Numbered from the stretch's first letter, positions 36,845 to 49,975 are shown. The stretch: DNA of 64,000 bases from Mobula hypostoma (GCF_963921235.1 NC_086108.1:27158001-27222000); one strand, 5' to 3'. Numbers and translations are program-made. The notes: generated from the letters alone by a model not told the origin.

Positions 36845-39200
36845 ATAAGACGATAACACATAGGACCAGAGTTAGGCTATTTGTCCCATTGAGTCTGCTC
36901 TGCCACTCTATCATGGCTGATCCATCATCTCCCTCAACCCCATTCTCATGCCTTTACCCCATAACCTTTAAAGCCCTGATTAATCAGGAACCCATCAACC
37001 TCCGCCTTAAGTATACCCAATGCCTTGGCCTGCACCGCTGTCTGTGGCAATTAATTCCACAGATTCACCACTCTTTGGCTAAAGAATTTTTTCGGCATCT
37101 TTGTGCTCAATAGATGTCTCTCAATTCTGAAGTTTGTGTCCTATGGTCCTAGACTTTCCCCACTCTAGGAAACATCCTCTCCTTATCCACTCTTATCTAA
37201 CCCTTTCAATATTCGACTGTGAAACATCAACTGTGCTTCTTCCTATGGATGCTGCCTGGCCTGCTGCGTTCCACGAGCATTTTGTGTGTGTTGCTTGAAT
37301 TTCCAGCATCTGCAGATTTCCTCGTGTTTGCCTTTCAATATTCGATAGGTTCCTCCCCAATTCTTATAAACTCTAAGTACAGATCCAGAGCCATCAAACA
37401 CTCCTAATATATTAACCCTTTCATTCCTGTTGTCATTTCATGAACCTTGTCTTGACCTTCTCCAATGAAAATACATATTTTCTTAGATAATGGGCCTAAA
37501 ATTGCTTCAAAACTACAAGTGCAGTCTGACCAATGCCACTCTTTATTCCCACTCTTTGCCTCCTGCCAATCAACCAATTTTCTATCCATTCTAGTATCTT
37601 TTCTGTAATACCACTGGCTCTTATTTTATTAAGCATGTATGTCACCTTGTAAAAGACCTTCTGAAAATCCAAACAAACACCATCCACTAACTCTCTTTCA
37701 TCTATCCTGCTTGTTATTTCCTCAAAGAATTCCAGCAGATATGTTAGTAAGATTTTCCCTTTAGAAAGCTATGCTAACTTTGGCCTACTCTACGAAGTAT
37801 TCTGAAACGTCATCCTTGATCATGGACTCCAATATCTTTCCAACCACTGAAGTCAGTTTAACTGGCCTAAAAATTTCCTTCCTTCTACTTCTCTCCATTC
37901 TTACAGTGTGGAGTGACTTTTTGCAATTTTTCAGTCTGCAGGAACTACTTCAGAATCTAGTGCTTTTTGAAACATTGTTACCAATGCCTCCACAATCTCT
38001 TCAACTACTTCTTTCAGATACCTAGGGTGTAGTCCATTTTGCTCAGGTGACTTATCTACCTTCAGGCTTCTCAGCTACCCAGGCATCTTCTCTTTAGTAT
38101 CAGCAGTAATACTCACTTTTGTCCCCTGACACTGTCCCCAATCCCCAGTTAAGACTGATGCAAAGTACAGTATTTATTAAGTTCATCCACCATTTCTTTT
38201 GTCCCCTATTGCTACCTCTTCTATTGTTCCAATATCCACTCTCATCTCTCTTTTACTCTTTATATATCTGAAAAAACTTTTTGTGTCCTCCTTTACATTA
38301 TTTGCTAGCTTCCCTGTACATTTCATCTTATTTCTCTTGATGGCTTTTTAGTTGCATTTTACTGGTTTTTAAAATCTTCCCACTAACTTTTGCTATATTA
38401 AATGTCCTATCTTTTGCTTTTTTGCTGTCTTTGACTTCGCCTGTCAGCCACAGGTACCTCATCCTCCCTTTAGAATACTTCTTCATATTAGGGATATATC
38501 TTTCCTGCAGCTTCTGTACTTCCCCCAGAAACAACAGCCACTGCGGTTCTGCCATCATCCCTGTGAGTGTCCCTTTCCAGTCAACTTTGGCCAGCTCCTC
38601 TCTCATGCCTTTGTAATTTCATTTACTCCTCTATAATACTGATACATCTGATTTTAGCTTCTCCTTCTCAAAGTGCAGCATGAATTCTATCATATTATGA
38701 TCACACTCCTAAGGGTTCTTTTACCTTAAGCTTCCTAATCAAATCTCGATCCTTACATACCGCCTAATCCAGAAATGCTATTCTCCTAGTGGGCTCAATC
38801 ACAAGCTGCTCTAAAAAGCCATATTTTCTGCATTCTACAAATTCCCTCTCTTGGGATCCAACACCAGCTGGATTTTCCCAGCCTACTTGCATATTGAAAT
38901 CCCCTGTGACTATCGCAACATTGCCCTTTTTACATGGCATTTCTATCTCCTATTGTAATTTGTAACCCACATCCTGGCTACTGTTTGGAGGCCTGTATAT
39001 AACTCCCATCAGGGTTTTTCAATCCCTGCAGTTCCTTAACTCAACCCACAAGGATTCTAGATCTTCCAAATCTATGTCACATTTTTCTACGGATTTCATT
39101 TTATTTTTTTACCAACAGAGCCACCCCACCCCTTCTGCCTACCTGCCTGTCCTTTGGGTATTCTTGATGTTAAGCTCCGAGCTATTCAATTACATGTCTG
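36845..39200 (-). mobile_element. Degraded CR1 LINE with internal deletions
   Basis: Peptides MREELAKVDWKG and CLDFQKVFYKV..LEWIENWLIGRRQRVGI. 3' tail at ~36845-36900. Confidence 0.8.
37217..37330 (+). mobile_element. Short Penelope-like tail inserted in a CR1
   Basis: Exact 15-bp TSD CCTTTCAATATTCGA at 37202-37216 and 37331-37345. Confidence 0.85.
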
Positions 39201-39839
39201 CTAACAAATGCAGTTGGTCAGTGTTCTGTGCGCAATATTGGCAGTTTTAATCAATATTCAATACTGCCATAAAATATATTGCCAACAGATTTATCAGCTT
39301 AAAAATAATTTAAAAATGCATGGGCTTGGATTGTTGGTATTTCATTATTCTCAGTAAAACAAAATCCATTTCTATCTACATAACAAAAATGGCTATACTT
39401 CCAAACTGCTTCACTGGACATAAAGGGTCAAAATGAGACCAAAAAGAAATCACATTCTTCCTTAAAAGGTTTGAAGTACAAATGAGCCACTTCTTGAATA
39501 TTAATAGATTTTATATTCAACAAATCAGTACTCTACAGAGGAGATGTATTAAGGTCACGACTGATATGTGAAATATTGCTGCTCTGTACTCCATCAATTT
39601 CCAGTGATTGCCAGAACCTGACACACCTTGGACCATATCCTTACTGACTGTACCGTGTTTAAACAGGTATAGCGAGATGAGAACATTCTCTTAGGTATAA
39701 CTTGGATTATTCGAATTGCGGATTCATCTGTGAGACACTTTTTATTGTAGAATCCATTGAGTCTTTACTGACAGCATCATTATTCAGATAACCACAGGCA
39801 CAGTATCTTCTGAAAATGCCTGTAGGTTTGGAAATGGTA

Positions 39840-40456
39840 CACTCACAATGCGCTGGAGGAACTCAGCATGTCAGTCAGCATCAGTTGAAAACATTAGTCA
39901 ATGTTTCGGGCCAAAACCCTTCGTCAGGACTGAAGGAAGAACTTTGGGGAGGGTTTGAAGAATGCTGGTAGTTGAAAAAAACAGTAATTTTAAAGACAAA
40001 GGGGTGAGGGAGGGGAAGGAGGGAGGTGATTGGCAGGAGAACAATGCAAAGTACTAGAAGAAGGAGGCGGAACTATGAGGGAGGTAATGTGAAATAGGGA
40101 TGGGGGGGGAGGGAATTACTGGAAGTTGGAGAATTCTATGTTCACACCAAGGGGCTGGAGACTACTTAGACGGTATATGAGGTGTTGCTTCTCCAACCTG
40201 AGTTTAGCCTCATCATGGCAGTAGAGGAGGCCATGTATGGACATATCTGAATGGGAATGGGAAGCAGAGTTGAAGTAGGTGGCTACTGGGAGATCCTGTC
40301 TGTTTTGGCGGACGGAGCGGAGGTGCTCGACGAAGTGGTCCCCCAATCTGCGTTGGGTTTCACCGATGTACAGGAAGCCGCACCGGGAGCACCGGATGCA
40401 ATAGATGACCCCAACAGACTCACAAGTGAAGTGTTGCCTCACTTGGAAGTATTTTG
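39840..40456 (-). mobile_element. Penelope-like insertion (GIY-YIG C-terminus plus pseudo-LTR)
   Basis: ORF 40116..40442 reads RQHFTCESVGVIYCIRCSRCGFLYIGETQRRLGDHFVEH. 16-bp TSD AGGTTT(G/C)GAAATGGTA at 39824-39839 and 40457-40472. Confidence 0.9.
39895..39932 (-). ncRNA. Minimal type I hammerhead ribozyme motif, variant
   Basis: Minus strand reads CAGUC-CUGACGA-AGGGUUUUGGCCC-GAAAC-AUU-GACUA. Confidence 0.6.
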
Positions 40457-40494
40457 AGGTTTCGAAATGGTATTTCCCAAGGTTCCGGTCATTT

Positions 40495-40990
40495 TTCAGA
40501 TTCAGGTTTATTTGTTACATGTACGTGGAAATGTACAATGAAATGGGGCATTTGCATTAACACCCAGCACACCTGAGGTGTACCGGGGGAAGCGCCAAAG
40601 TGTCGTCACACATTCTGCCACCAACATAATATTGGGCATATTGGGCATACAGAGCACAACAAAACAGAACAGAACAAGGAAAGTCCTCCAACACCTGGAC
40701 AGGACTCTGGGCCTTCAATTTCCAGTCTCCAGGCTTCGGCTATCAGGCTTCAACTTCCATACTTCCAATCGAACTTCATGCATCCATCTTTGGTATTGAG
40801 CCCCTAGACCAGCCGGTGATGGGACTCCGAACTCTGAGCTTGTCAACTGACTGGCCCGTGTGCCTTCTGCTCACACAGACATCTGATCCTGGGACCCACT
40901 GACCAGGGACAGCTAGACATCCGCTGTTGTTCTTTATCACCCATCCATGTCACTCGTCTTCCAACACCGAGCACTCGAGCATCAGTTTTC
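40495..40990 (-). mobile_element. Non-coding element related to 4530-5695
   Basis: Shares CAGATTCAGGTTTAT..CATGTAC..GAAA..TACAATGA and the following ~150 bp. Confidence 0.5.
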
Positions 40991-41276
40991 CTTAATTGTC
41001 TCCTTAGGTGTTGCTGCCTCCATCGACAATGTTAGGTCAGTGATGTAGATACTGTACATATTTCCAATAAGAGATTCAGTAATTAAACCAGGCTGGAGCA
41101 AGATCACCATACCATGTTTCAGATGGCAGCAGCAGGCAATATTGTGAAGTACATGGATCTGCCTTAGTTAGGATTGGTACCAATGGATAAACTTTCTATA
41201 GGATTTCAAACTGAGATCTCACCAACTGTCGCAGGCAATAAAGGTACAGCTGTCTCTCTTTCTGCTTTTCCTACCA

Positions 41277-41640
41277 GGGCAGCACAGTTGAAAAGTTAAT
41301 AGAGCCACTATCTCATGGTGCCAACAACCTGGGTTCAAGCATGACTTCAAGAGCTGCCTATGGGGAGTTCATGCCTTCTCCCTGTGACCATGTGTGGCTC
41401 TCCTGGGTGTTCCAGATTTCTCCCATCCTAAAGGCATACTGTTTTGTAGGTTAGTTGGCCAATGTAAATTGTCCCTGGTAGATAGATGAGTGGTAGAACC
41501 TGGGAGGAGTATTTAGTGAGAAGATGGAGAGAATGAGTTACAGTATGGGGAAAATAGATGGGAGGATGGTAACACTCTGAGAGTTGGCATTGACTCAATG
41601 GGGCAAATGGCCACCTTATACAGTATGTCTGAAATAACTA
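41277..41640 (+). mobile_element. V-SINE
   Basis: B box CTGGGTTCAA and core GGAGTTCATGCCTTCTCCCTGTGACCATG..GGGTG.TCC. Confidence 0.65.
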
Positions 41641-42472
41641 TAGATAGGTTGTTTCACTTTCACTGCATCAGCACTCCCTACCTCATCCTGATCCAGGAAA
41701 CAGTCCGGGATTTTGTAGGTTTTTTTCTTCTTTTTCACCTCCAGTATGTTAACCGATCTTGTGGGTCTGGTCTCTCATTGTTACTGCCAGTTTTTTTCCC
41801 ATTCCTAATCTTGAATTTGTTTCTATTTTCCTCTTTCCATCTGTGATCCACTGCTTGACAGAATATAAATTCTCAATAAACTACCATTCTCATCCCCTAA
41901 CTCACACCACCAGCTTCGGTTTCTGCACCACTCATTACATCATTCCGACAGTTTAAAGCCACTCTGGAGTTTTTGATTAACACCAACACCTCCCCTTCTC
42001 TATTGCCGACATTTCCTTCCGGATATTTTTGTCAGCAAAATTATATAACTCTCATGTCACGTCTCTGCTAAATTACCTTAAAAAATTTGCATATTCATTT
42101 CTTCTCTGCTTTACTGATGCTACTCTGAGTATAATGGCTCCAAAATATTGTACTACTTTTTACTAGTCCTTATTTTATTCTGTTCTTTCTTTTAATCTTC
42201 TATCTTTCTTATCTGCTTTCTTTTTACTTCCCCTGCTGTTATTAGCTGGACCCATCAAATCCGTTACATCCCAGTGAGGAGTTTGGCCTCAGTCCAATGA
42301 CGACCATGTTGCACAGTTCAGTTTATACTGAGATCAGGTTCCATTGTCCCAGGACCCCTTCCCACTTCATTCTTTCACCAGTATTCCAGGCATGAGAGTA
42401 TTCCCTGCAGCATCCCTCTTCAGCTGCACAGTATCCTGACTTACAAATGTAAAATACAACTGCATTTCTTTA

Positions 42473-42990
42473 TAGCAACACACACAAAACACTGGGGGAG
42501 CTCAGCAGGTCAGACAGGATGCTGTCCAAGTTGCATGCCATCTTGGACAATGTCTCCCATCTACTACATAACTTACTGGTTGGGCACAGGAGTACATTCA
42601 GTCAGAGACTCTTTCCACCGAGATGCAACACTGAACGTCATAGGAAGTCATTCCTGCCTGTGGCCATCAAACTTTACAACTTCTCCCTTGGAGGGTCAGA
42701 CACCCTGAGCCAATAGGCTGGTCCTGGACTTATTTCCTGACATAATTTACATATTATTATTTGATTATTTATGGTTTTGTATTGCTATATTTATATTCTG
42801 TTCTTGGTTGGTGCAACTGTAACGAAACCAAATTTCCCTCAGGATCAATAAAGTATAATTATCTATGGAAATGAATAAACAGTCGACATTTCGGGTCAAG
42901 ACCCTTCGTAAATTCCTGACCCGCAGAGTTCCTCCAGCATTTTATGTGTGTTACTTTTAGATTTCCTGTATCCACAGAATTTCTCATGTT
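42473..42990. mobile_element. Foldback mini-Penelope split by a Rex1/Babar 3' fragment (42517-42858, +)
   Basis: Arms 42473-42515 and 42912-42955 are inverted. The insert encodes LHAILDNVSHLLH..CNTERHRKSFLPVAIKLYN. Confidence 0.7.
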
Positions 42991-43149
42991 TATATATTTC
43001 TTTATCATTGGTGGGTTTAAATTTGGCACTCCCGACCCAATAGCATTGTGCATTACATTTAACACTAGAACTACAATGGTTCAAGAAGCATGCTCACCGC
43101 CACCCATGCAAAGGCAGTAATAGATGTGCAAAACAATGCTTTTTTCAGT

Positions 43150-43745
43150 AATTCCCACATCCTGGCATTTTTGCGATGTACAGGGAGTCTCTGTGGGGCA
43201 GGATGGTTGCAACATGTCTGGGCTGGAGTTGCTGGAGCAGATTTGGGGGAGCAACACAATGCAGTGGAACCGAGGTGAGTAAAGATCTGAGCTACGATCG
43301 ATTTAAGAGCAAAGCCAAATTGGAATAGTCGGGTTCTGGCCAGATCAATGTGGCGTGAGGAATTACCCAAGGTTTGTATAATTTGTATCAGTCCAGATTG
43401 AATTTGTTCAGAGACAAGAGAGGGGCCTGTTTGGCTTGCTGTTCTGTGGGTTTGCTCATGTCTGTGCCGGACTGAGACTGTGGCCTGCAATCAGGGGACT
43501 TCTAGATGGGCTACGGTGATGCCTGGCGTTGTGAACTTCAGTTCCAAATGCCATTTTCCTGCCTTCATTGCATGCACAAGTTGTTGTTTTTTCTTCTCTC
43601 TGCACATTGGGTGGTTGACTAATGTTTCTTTTGTTTTTAATGGGTTCTTTTGGGTTATATTTTTTGTGGCTGCCTGTAAGGAGACAAACCTCAAGGTTGT
43701 ATAAATTATACATAGTTTGATAATAAAATATACTTTGAACTTAGA
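43150..43745 (+). mobile_element. Non-coding element with a Rex1/Babar-like tail
   Basis: Tail GTGGCTGCCTGTAAGGAGACAAACCTCAAGGTTGTATA..TGATAATAAA..TACTTTGAACTT is shared with the 12935 and 48172 elements. Confidence 0.55.
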
Positions 43746-44060
43746 AACAGCTAAAATATTCTTTCTGTAATGTTCTTTTTTGCATTCTTTTTAAGTGTTT
43801 CCTACATCATTATTTCTCCTGCTTCTTTACTTGAGTTGCAATAACTGTCAGAAACATACAACACTGAATCTGACAATTCTTTGATTTATAAAAGGGATCC
43901 TGCAAAATTAAGAGAGATTTCACATATTGCGACAAAATGCATTATGGCAATTCGGTAGACTGCTTCCCTATGACGGAGATTCCATAGTTATTCCATAGTG
44001 AGAAATGGATTTGTAAATTGAAGAATCACCAATTCAAACTTCTGTAAATTGAGGAATTGA

Positions 44061-44112
44061 CTCAGTGGCCACTTTATTAGATACCTCCTGTACCTAATAA
44101 AGTGTCTACTGA
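44061..44112. mobile_element. Tiny palindromic Tc1-like TIR-only element
   Basis: TCAGTGGCCACTTTATTAG...CTAATAAAGTGTCTACTGA inverted repeat. Confidence 0.6.
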
Positions 44113-44171
44113 TTATCCCTCTAAGGTCTTTTGCTACCAGCGCAGGAAAGAATTTAAACTGCGTACAAAAG

Positions 44172-44949
44172 GTTGTCACCCTCTAACTCATTAGCATGTT
44201 AAGTACATTTCATGATTGTACACAATCATAGTTCCTTTTCCGGTTTCTGATGGGGAAGGTGTTGACGAAGTGGAGTTGGTGATGATTTGTCTGCAGATTT
44301 TAGAACTGGCTTATTTACACTGCTTTTATTGAAGAAATTATTGATCCCCTATATTGAATTCCAAAGAAGCAAAGGGCATGAAACACAAAACAAATGCTAG
44401 TTAATCTAGTTAATCTAAAGCGGAATGGCTTAATGAAACAGTAGAAATTACTACATTGAAAGCCCATGAGGTCAGAAAGGTGCAGCTACGAGAAATATTT
44501 ATGTATGATACAGAAACTGGTGTTATCTGTGTGAACTGTTGTGATGCAAAAGTTGCTGAAGAATTTACAAGTGGGAAGATGTGGAGTGATTTTGCAAACT
44601 TGACTTTTTAAAGCGTCATTTAGCAAGCAAATCACATACGGGTGGTGAGCAAAACCTGATGAGAGAATCTTTCATTCGCTGCAACAGGCCTGCTACACGT
44701 CTTGTGAGAGGGCAGATGAACAAGAGCGAAAATGATCAAACCCAGAGGAGATCAAAGTTATTAACTGTTATTTTATTTCTTTTAAACAATAAACAACAAA
44801 CTGAACTTGATAGTCTATTATCCTCATAATTGCTTCAGGTTTACTTTCACTTAAAAATTCAGTGCACACATGTTGTCACTGGACCAAAATTATTTTCACA
44901 GTACATGATTTTTGAGCACGCTGGTCATTACAAATTAGAGAGAACATTG
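44172..44949 (+). mobile_element. hAT-type non-autonomous transposon with an N-terminal zinc-finger relic
   Basis: Decayed TIRs TGTCACCCTCTAA / TTAGAGAGAACATTG. 44417-44640 translates to KAEWLNE..VICVNCCDAK..FTSGK, then after a frameshift LDFLKRHLASKSH. Confidence 0.6.
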
Positions 44950-44996
44950 GAGAACAGAGAACATTAGAGAGACCACTGAGTATATGTTCATGGATT

Positions 44997-45555
44997 TAGA
45001 AACATAGAAACATAGAAAAACGACAGCACAATACAGGCTTTTCGGCCCACAATGCTGTGACGAACATGTACTTACTGTACATTAGAAATTACCTAGGGTT
45101 ACAAAGAGCCCTCTATTTTTCTAAGCTCCATATACCTCTCTAAGGGTCTCTTAAAAGACCCTATCATATGGGCCTCCACCACCGTCGCCGGCAGCCCATT
45201 CCACGCACTCACCACTCTCTGCGTAAAGAACTTACCCCTGACAGCTCCTCCGTACCTACTTCCAAGCACCTTAAAACTGTGCCCTCTCATGTTAGCCATT
45301 TCAGCCCTGGGAAAAAGCCTCTTACTATCCACATGATCAATGCCTCTCATTATCTTGTATACCTGTCTCAGGTCACCTCTCATCCTCTGTCATTCCAAGG
45401 AGAAAAGGCCGAGTTCACTCAACCTATTCTCATAAGGCATGCTCCCCAATCCAGGCAACATCCTTGTAAATCTCCTCTGAACCCTTTCTATTGTTTCCAC
45501 ACCCTTCTTGCAGTGAGGTGACCAGAAATGAGCATGGTTCTCCAAGTGGGGTTTT
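44997..45555 (-). mobile_element. 5'-truncated CR1 LINE 3' end
   Basis: Peptide RGDLRQVYKIMRGID..FFTQRVVSAWNGLP and a (TAGAAACA)n tail. Confidence 0.9.
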
Positions 45556-45556
45556 G

Positions 45557-45770
45557 CCCATCCCTTCAAGGTTCAACGTGGTGTGCATTCAGAGCATTCA
45601 GAGATGCTCTTCTGCACAGCACAGTTATAATGGTTATTTGAGTACAGTCACCTTCCTGCCAGCTTAAACCAGTCTGACCATCATCCTCAGAGCTCCCTTA
45701 TTAACAAGGTGTTTTCACCACAGAACTGTCATTCACTGAAATTTTTTGTTTGTTTTTTGCACAATTCTTT
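45557..45770. mobile_element. Probable Tc1-like internal fragment
   Basis: GTGTGCATTCAGAGATGCTCTTCTGCAC..GGTTATTTGAG resembles Tc1-like non-autonomous elements. GACCACTGAGTAT at ~44971 may be its other part. Confidence 0.4.
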
Positions 45771-45879
45771 TACTTCTCATATTTTTATGAAATTTTTTCT
45801 TATTTTTCTTCATGTACTATTTTCTAATCTTACCATCTTCGTAAGGAAATTTCTTCTGTATAGGCTTGTCTTCACTGTT

Positions 45880-46300
45880 GGGATCTGAGCATCATTTGCA
45901 AGGCAGGCGTTTATTGTCCATCCCTCAACGTTCTTCAAAAGGTGGTGATGAGCTGTCTTCTTGAATTGTTGCAAATTGTCGTGAAAATGCTCCCACAGTG
46001 CTGTTAGGCAAGGAAATCAAGATTTAGAACCAGTGTTGGTGAAGAACTGGTGATACATTTCTAAGTTGGGATGGTATGAGTCTTGGAGGGGAACCTTCAG
46101 TGGAGGTATTCTCATGCACCTTTGCTCTTGCCCTTCTTGCGAGGTGGAGGTCACAGTTTGGGAGGTGCTGACAGAGCAGCCTGAGTGAGTAACTGCAATG
46201 CATTTTAGATGGCAATGCATTGTGCCGGCCAGTGGTGCAGCAGCATCAGCACCTGACTTTGAGGCGAGAGGTTTGTAGCTTTCCATCTGTGCTAGGTTGA
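45880..46300 (-). mobile_element. Old CR1/L2-group LINE 3' region
   Basis: Minus-strand remnant HPNLEMYHQFFTNTGSKS followed by a decayed WNSLP-like segment. Confidence 0.45.
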
Positions 46301-46407
46301 GCATCCAGCTCGCAAATCGTCCTTGTAAAAAAATAGTCAAGTGCTACAGAAATGGCAAAGAAAGTGCTGCCCAATGCAATGAAAAGGAACAACAATACAT
46401 TGTAATA

Positions 46408-46703
46408 CAGTAGCATAGTGGTGAGCACAATGTTTTACAGGTGACCCAGGTTCAATTCCCGCTGCTGCCTGTAAGGAGTTAGTACTTTCTCCCCATGACC
46501 ATGTAGGATTCCTCTGGGTGCTCTGATTTCCTTGCCCATACCAAAGACATACCAGTTGGTAAGTTAATTGGTTACTTTAAATTGTCCTGTGATTAGGCTA
46601 GGACTCAATCAGGGGATTGATGGGCAGAGCAGCTTGAAGGGCCAGAAGGGCCTATTCCATTCTGTATCTCAATCAATCATCAATCAATCAATCAATCAAT
46701 AAA
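46408..46703 (+). mobile_element. HE1-like V-SINE with an (ATCA)n tail
   Basis: B box GGTTCAATTCC, V-domain core and CR1-type tail GGGCCAGAAGGGCCT. Confidence 0.8.
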
Positions 46704-46784
46704 TAGTGCATCTGTAGTGGAAAGAATGAGTATTTGAGATACATGACAATCAATCGGGCTTATTTGTCCAGATAATGTGTTAAC

Positions 46785-47495
46785 CTTGCACTCAGTGTCA
46801 GTTAGACCAAAGAACTGATTATGGACTTCAGAAAGAGGAAGTCGAGGGAGCACAAAACAGTCCTCTTAGAGGGGTCAGAAGTAGAAAGAGTGAGCAATTT
46901 CAAGTTCCTTGGTGTCAACGGATCTATCCTGGGCCCAACATATTGATGCAGCTACAAGAAGGGCTATATTTCATTAGAGGTTTGAGGAGACTTGATATGT
47001 CACTTAAAACATTCACAAATTTCTGCAGATGGAGAGCATTCTAACTGGTTGCATCCCTGTCTGCTATGGAGGGGGGCTACTGCATAAGATCAAAATAAAC
47101 TGTACAGAGCTGTAAAGTTAGTCAGCAACGACATAGGCACAAGCCTTCATAATATCCAGGACATCTTCAAAGAGTGATGCTTCAGAAAGGTGGCAGTCAA
47201 CATTAAGGACTCCCACCACCCAGGACATACCCTCTTCTCATTGTTACCATCAGGATGGATGTACAGAACCCTGAACAATTCAGGAACAGCTTTTTCCCCT
47301 CTACCATCCAATTTCTGAATGGACATTGAACCCATGAACCACCACTTTTTTATGTCCCATATTTTTGCACTACATATTTAATTTAGCTAATATACAGTAT
47401 ATATATTTACTTTATTATCATGTTTTGCATCGTGTGCTGCCACAAAGTGAACAAATTTCATGACCTATGCCAGTGATATTAAATCTGATTTTGAT
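46785..47495 (+). mobile_element. Rex1/Babar LINE 3' part
   Basis: AGACCAAAGAACTGATTATGGACTTCAG, TTCAAGTTCCTTGG and the KDSHHPGH region. Tail GATATTAAATCTGATT. Confidence 0.75.
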
Positions 47496-48171
47496 TCAGG
47501 TTCCCCTTATGTTTTGCTACTGCAGATACTTCAGTTAAGTGAACCATGTCCCATCATGCTCCTGCTTTGTGTGTTGAAGATGGTGAAGGTTTGAGGTATC
47601 AGGAGGGAGTCACATAGAACGGAATACCCAGCCTCTGACCAGCTCTTCTCGTCATGGTATGTATGCTACTAGTCCTTCTGGGACAATAGAGACGCTCCTA
47701 AATTCATTCACAGCAATCGTCAATATAAATAATTGTTTTGTTACTCTGATATTTTACCCTACCATACAAATAAAAGCATCTCTCTACCACCACTATCATA
47801 CATCTGCATTTTTGGAAGATTTCTATCATAATGAATTGTTCTTTTCTTTTTTCTGATAAGCCCCAATCTGTGCAACCTTTCCTGATAGTTGTAACCTCTC
47901 CTCTTAAATATACTACTAGCAAAATTGGCAACAATTGTTTGAATTGGCAACAACATCTCCTTCACAATTTCCATGAACACAGAAGCATCACAAGTCTATG
48001 TGCTTAACCCCCGCTCTACTCACTTTACACTTATAACTGCGTGACTAAGCACAGCTTCAATGCCATATTTAAGTTTGCAGACAACACCACTGTCACTGGC
48101 CAAATCAAAGGTGGTGATGTATCAGCATCTAGGAGGAAGATAGTAAATCTGGCTGAGTGGTGCCACAGCAA

Positions 48172-49975
48172 TGACAAAGAAAACAACTAAATACTTCGTT
48201 AATCACTCTTTTTGGTAAAAGGTCATCGCAAACAATAGCCTGAAACTTCCCTTTCGATTTGGAGGAAATTCGATGTGGCAGAACAAAGGCAAGGCGAGGC
48301 AGCAAGGAAGACCCAAGTTTCGATTGATTCAAACACTGGGCTGAATTGCAAAGCTCAAGTACAGGCCAAATCGAGGCAGCAGGGTCCAGGCCCCAGAGCT
48401 CATTGAAGCAACTGAACCTGATGTTTGGATGATGATTCAAGTGCCAGGCCGAATTGAAAAGATTGAGTATAGGCCAAATTGAGGCGGTGGCGTCCAAGCC
48501 CAGGGCGTATCGAAGTGACTGAACTTGATGCTTGGATGACGATTTAAACACTGGGCCAGATTGAAAATGTCAGGGTGTCAGGGCCTGAGATAAGGGACAG
48601 GCCGATTCAAGTCACTAAACGTCTCTCTTTGTGGACTTCCTTTCAGAACGCTATTTGCTTGCATTTATTGTTTGCATGATCTGTTTTTTCCTCTGCACAT
48701 TGGGTGTTTGATGGTCTTCTTTTTTATACATTTTTTTTGGGCTTATTTGTTTTGTGGCTGCCTGTTAGGAGAAGAATCTCAAGGTTATATAATGATAGAT
48801 AGATCGATAGATGGATAGATAAATAGATAGATACTTCATTGATCCTAAGGAAAATTACAGCATCACAGTAGCATTACAAATGCACAGATATAAATATTAG
48901 AAGAGAAGTAGAAAGAATAAAAATGTTACCACAAACAGTCTAACAGGAGGGTGTCAACACTTCCCCTGGCTACAGGTTTTCTCATTATAGAGCCTAATGG
49001 TTAAGGATAAGAATGACCTCATATAGCGCTCTCTGGAGCAGTGAAGTTTGTCCAGAATTCCCAGGATTTTCTGTAGGGTTTTTTGTTCTACCACAGCCTC
49101 CAGTGTGTCCAGTTTGATTTCTATAACAGAGCCAACCTTTTTAATCAGTTTATTGAGCCTGTTGACATCACTCATGTTGATGCCATTACTCCAGCACACC
49201 ACCACCAGAAGATTGTATTGGCCACAACAGACTGGTAGAACACGTGGAGGAGAGGTGTGTAGACTTCAAAGGACCACAGTCTCCTCAGGAAGTAGAAGTG
49301 ACTCTGGTCCTTCTTGTACACAGCCTCTGTGTTGGTGCTCCACTCAGGTCTGTCATGCAGGTATCTGTAGATACTCACCACATCCATGTCCTCACCATCA
49401 ATAGTTACAGGGAGCAATGCAGGCTTAGTCTTCCTAAAGTCCATCACCATCTCCTTTGTCTAACTAATGTTGGGCTTCAGATGATTCAGCTTGCACCATT
49501 CGACAAAGTCCTCCACCAGGGCCCTGTATTCATTCTCCTGTCCTCCCTTTATACACCCAACTATTGCTGGTGCAGAGAATTTCTGCAGATGACATGACTC
49601 AGTGTTGTATCTGAAATCTGAGATATACAGGGTAAACAGGAAGTGAGCCAATACAGTCCCCAGTGATGCCCCAGTGCTGCTTATAGCCATGTCTGACACA
49701 CAGCTCTAAAGCCGCACATACTGTGGTCTGCCTGTTGAGTAGTCCATTATCCAGGATGCTAATCTGCATTGAACAGAGCTTTCCCCCAGCAATGAGAGAT
49801 GTATGGTATTGAAGGCACTTGAGAAATCAAAAAAGATGATCTTCATAGTGCTGCCCTGCTTATCCAAATGGGAGTAGGCTCTGTTCAACGGGTAGAAAAT
49901 GGCATCGTCGACTCCAATATGCTCTTGGTAGTCAAACTACATAATTTGATACTAAATGTACTTTGAACGTTGAAC
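48172..49975 (+). mobile_element. Non-coding Rex-tailed element with an internal ~108-bp tandem repeat, itself interrupted
   Basis: About 2.5 repeat units at 48320-48600. The tail is split at ~48795 and resumes at ~49941 (TTTGATACTAAATGTACTTTGAAC). Confidence 0.6.
48795..49940 (-). mobile_element. Rex1/Babar LINE (RT to 3' end) with a (GATA)n tail
   Basis: Peptides AYSHLDKQGSTMKIIFFDFSSAFNTI, STGASLGTVLAHFLFTLY and MVMDFRK. Confidence 0.85.
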
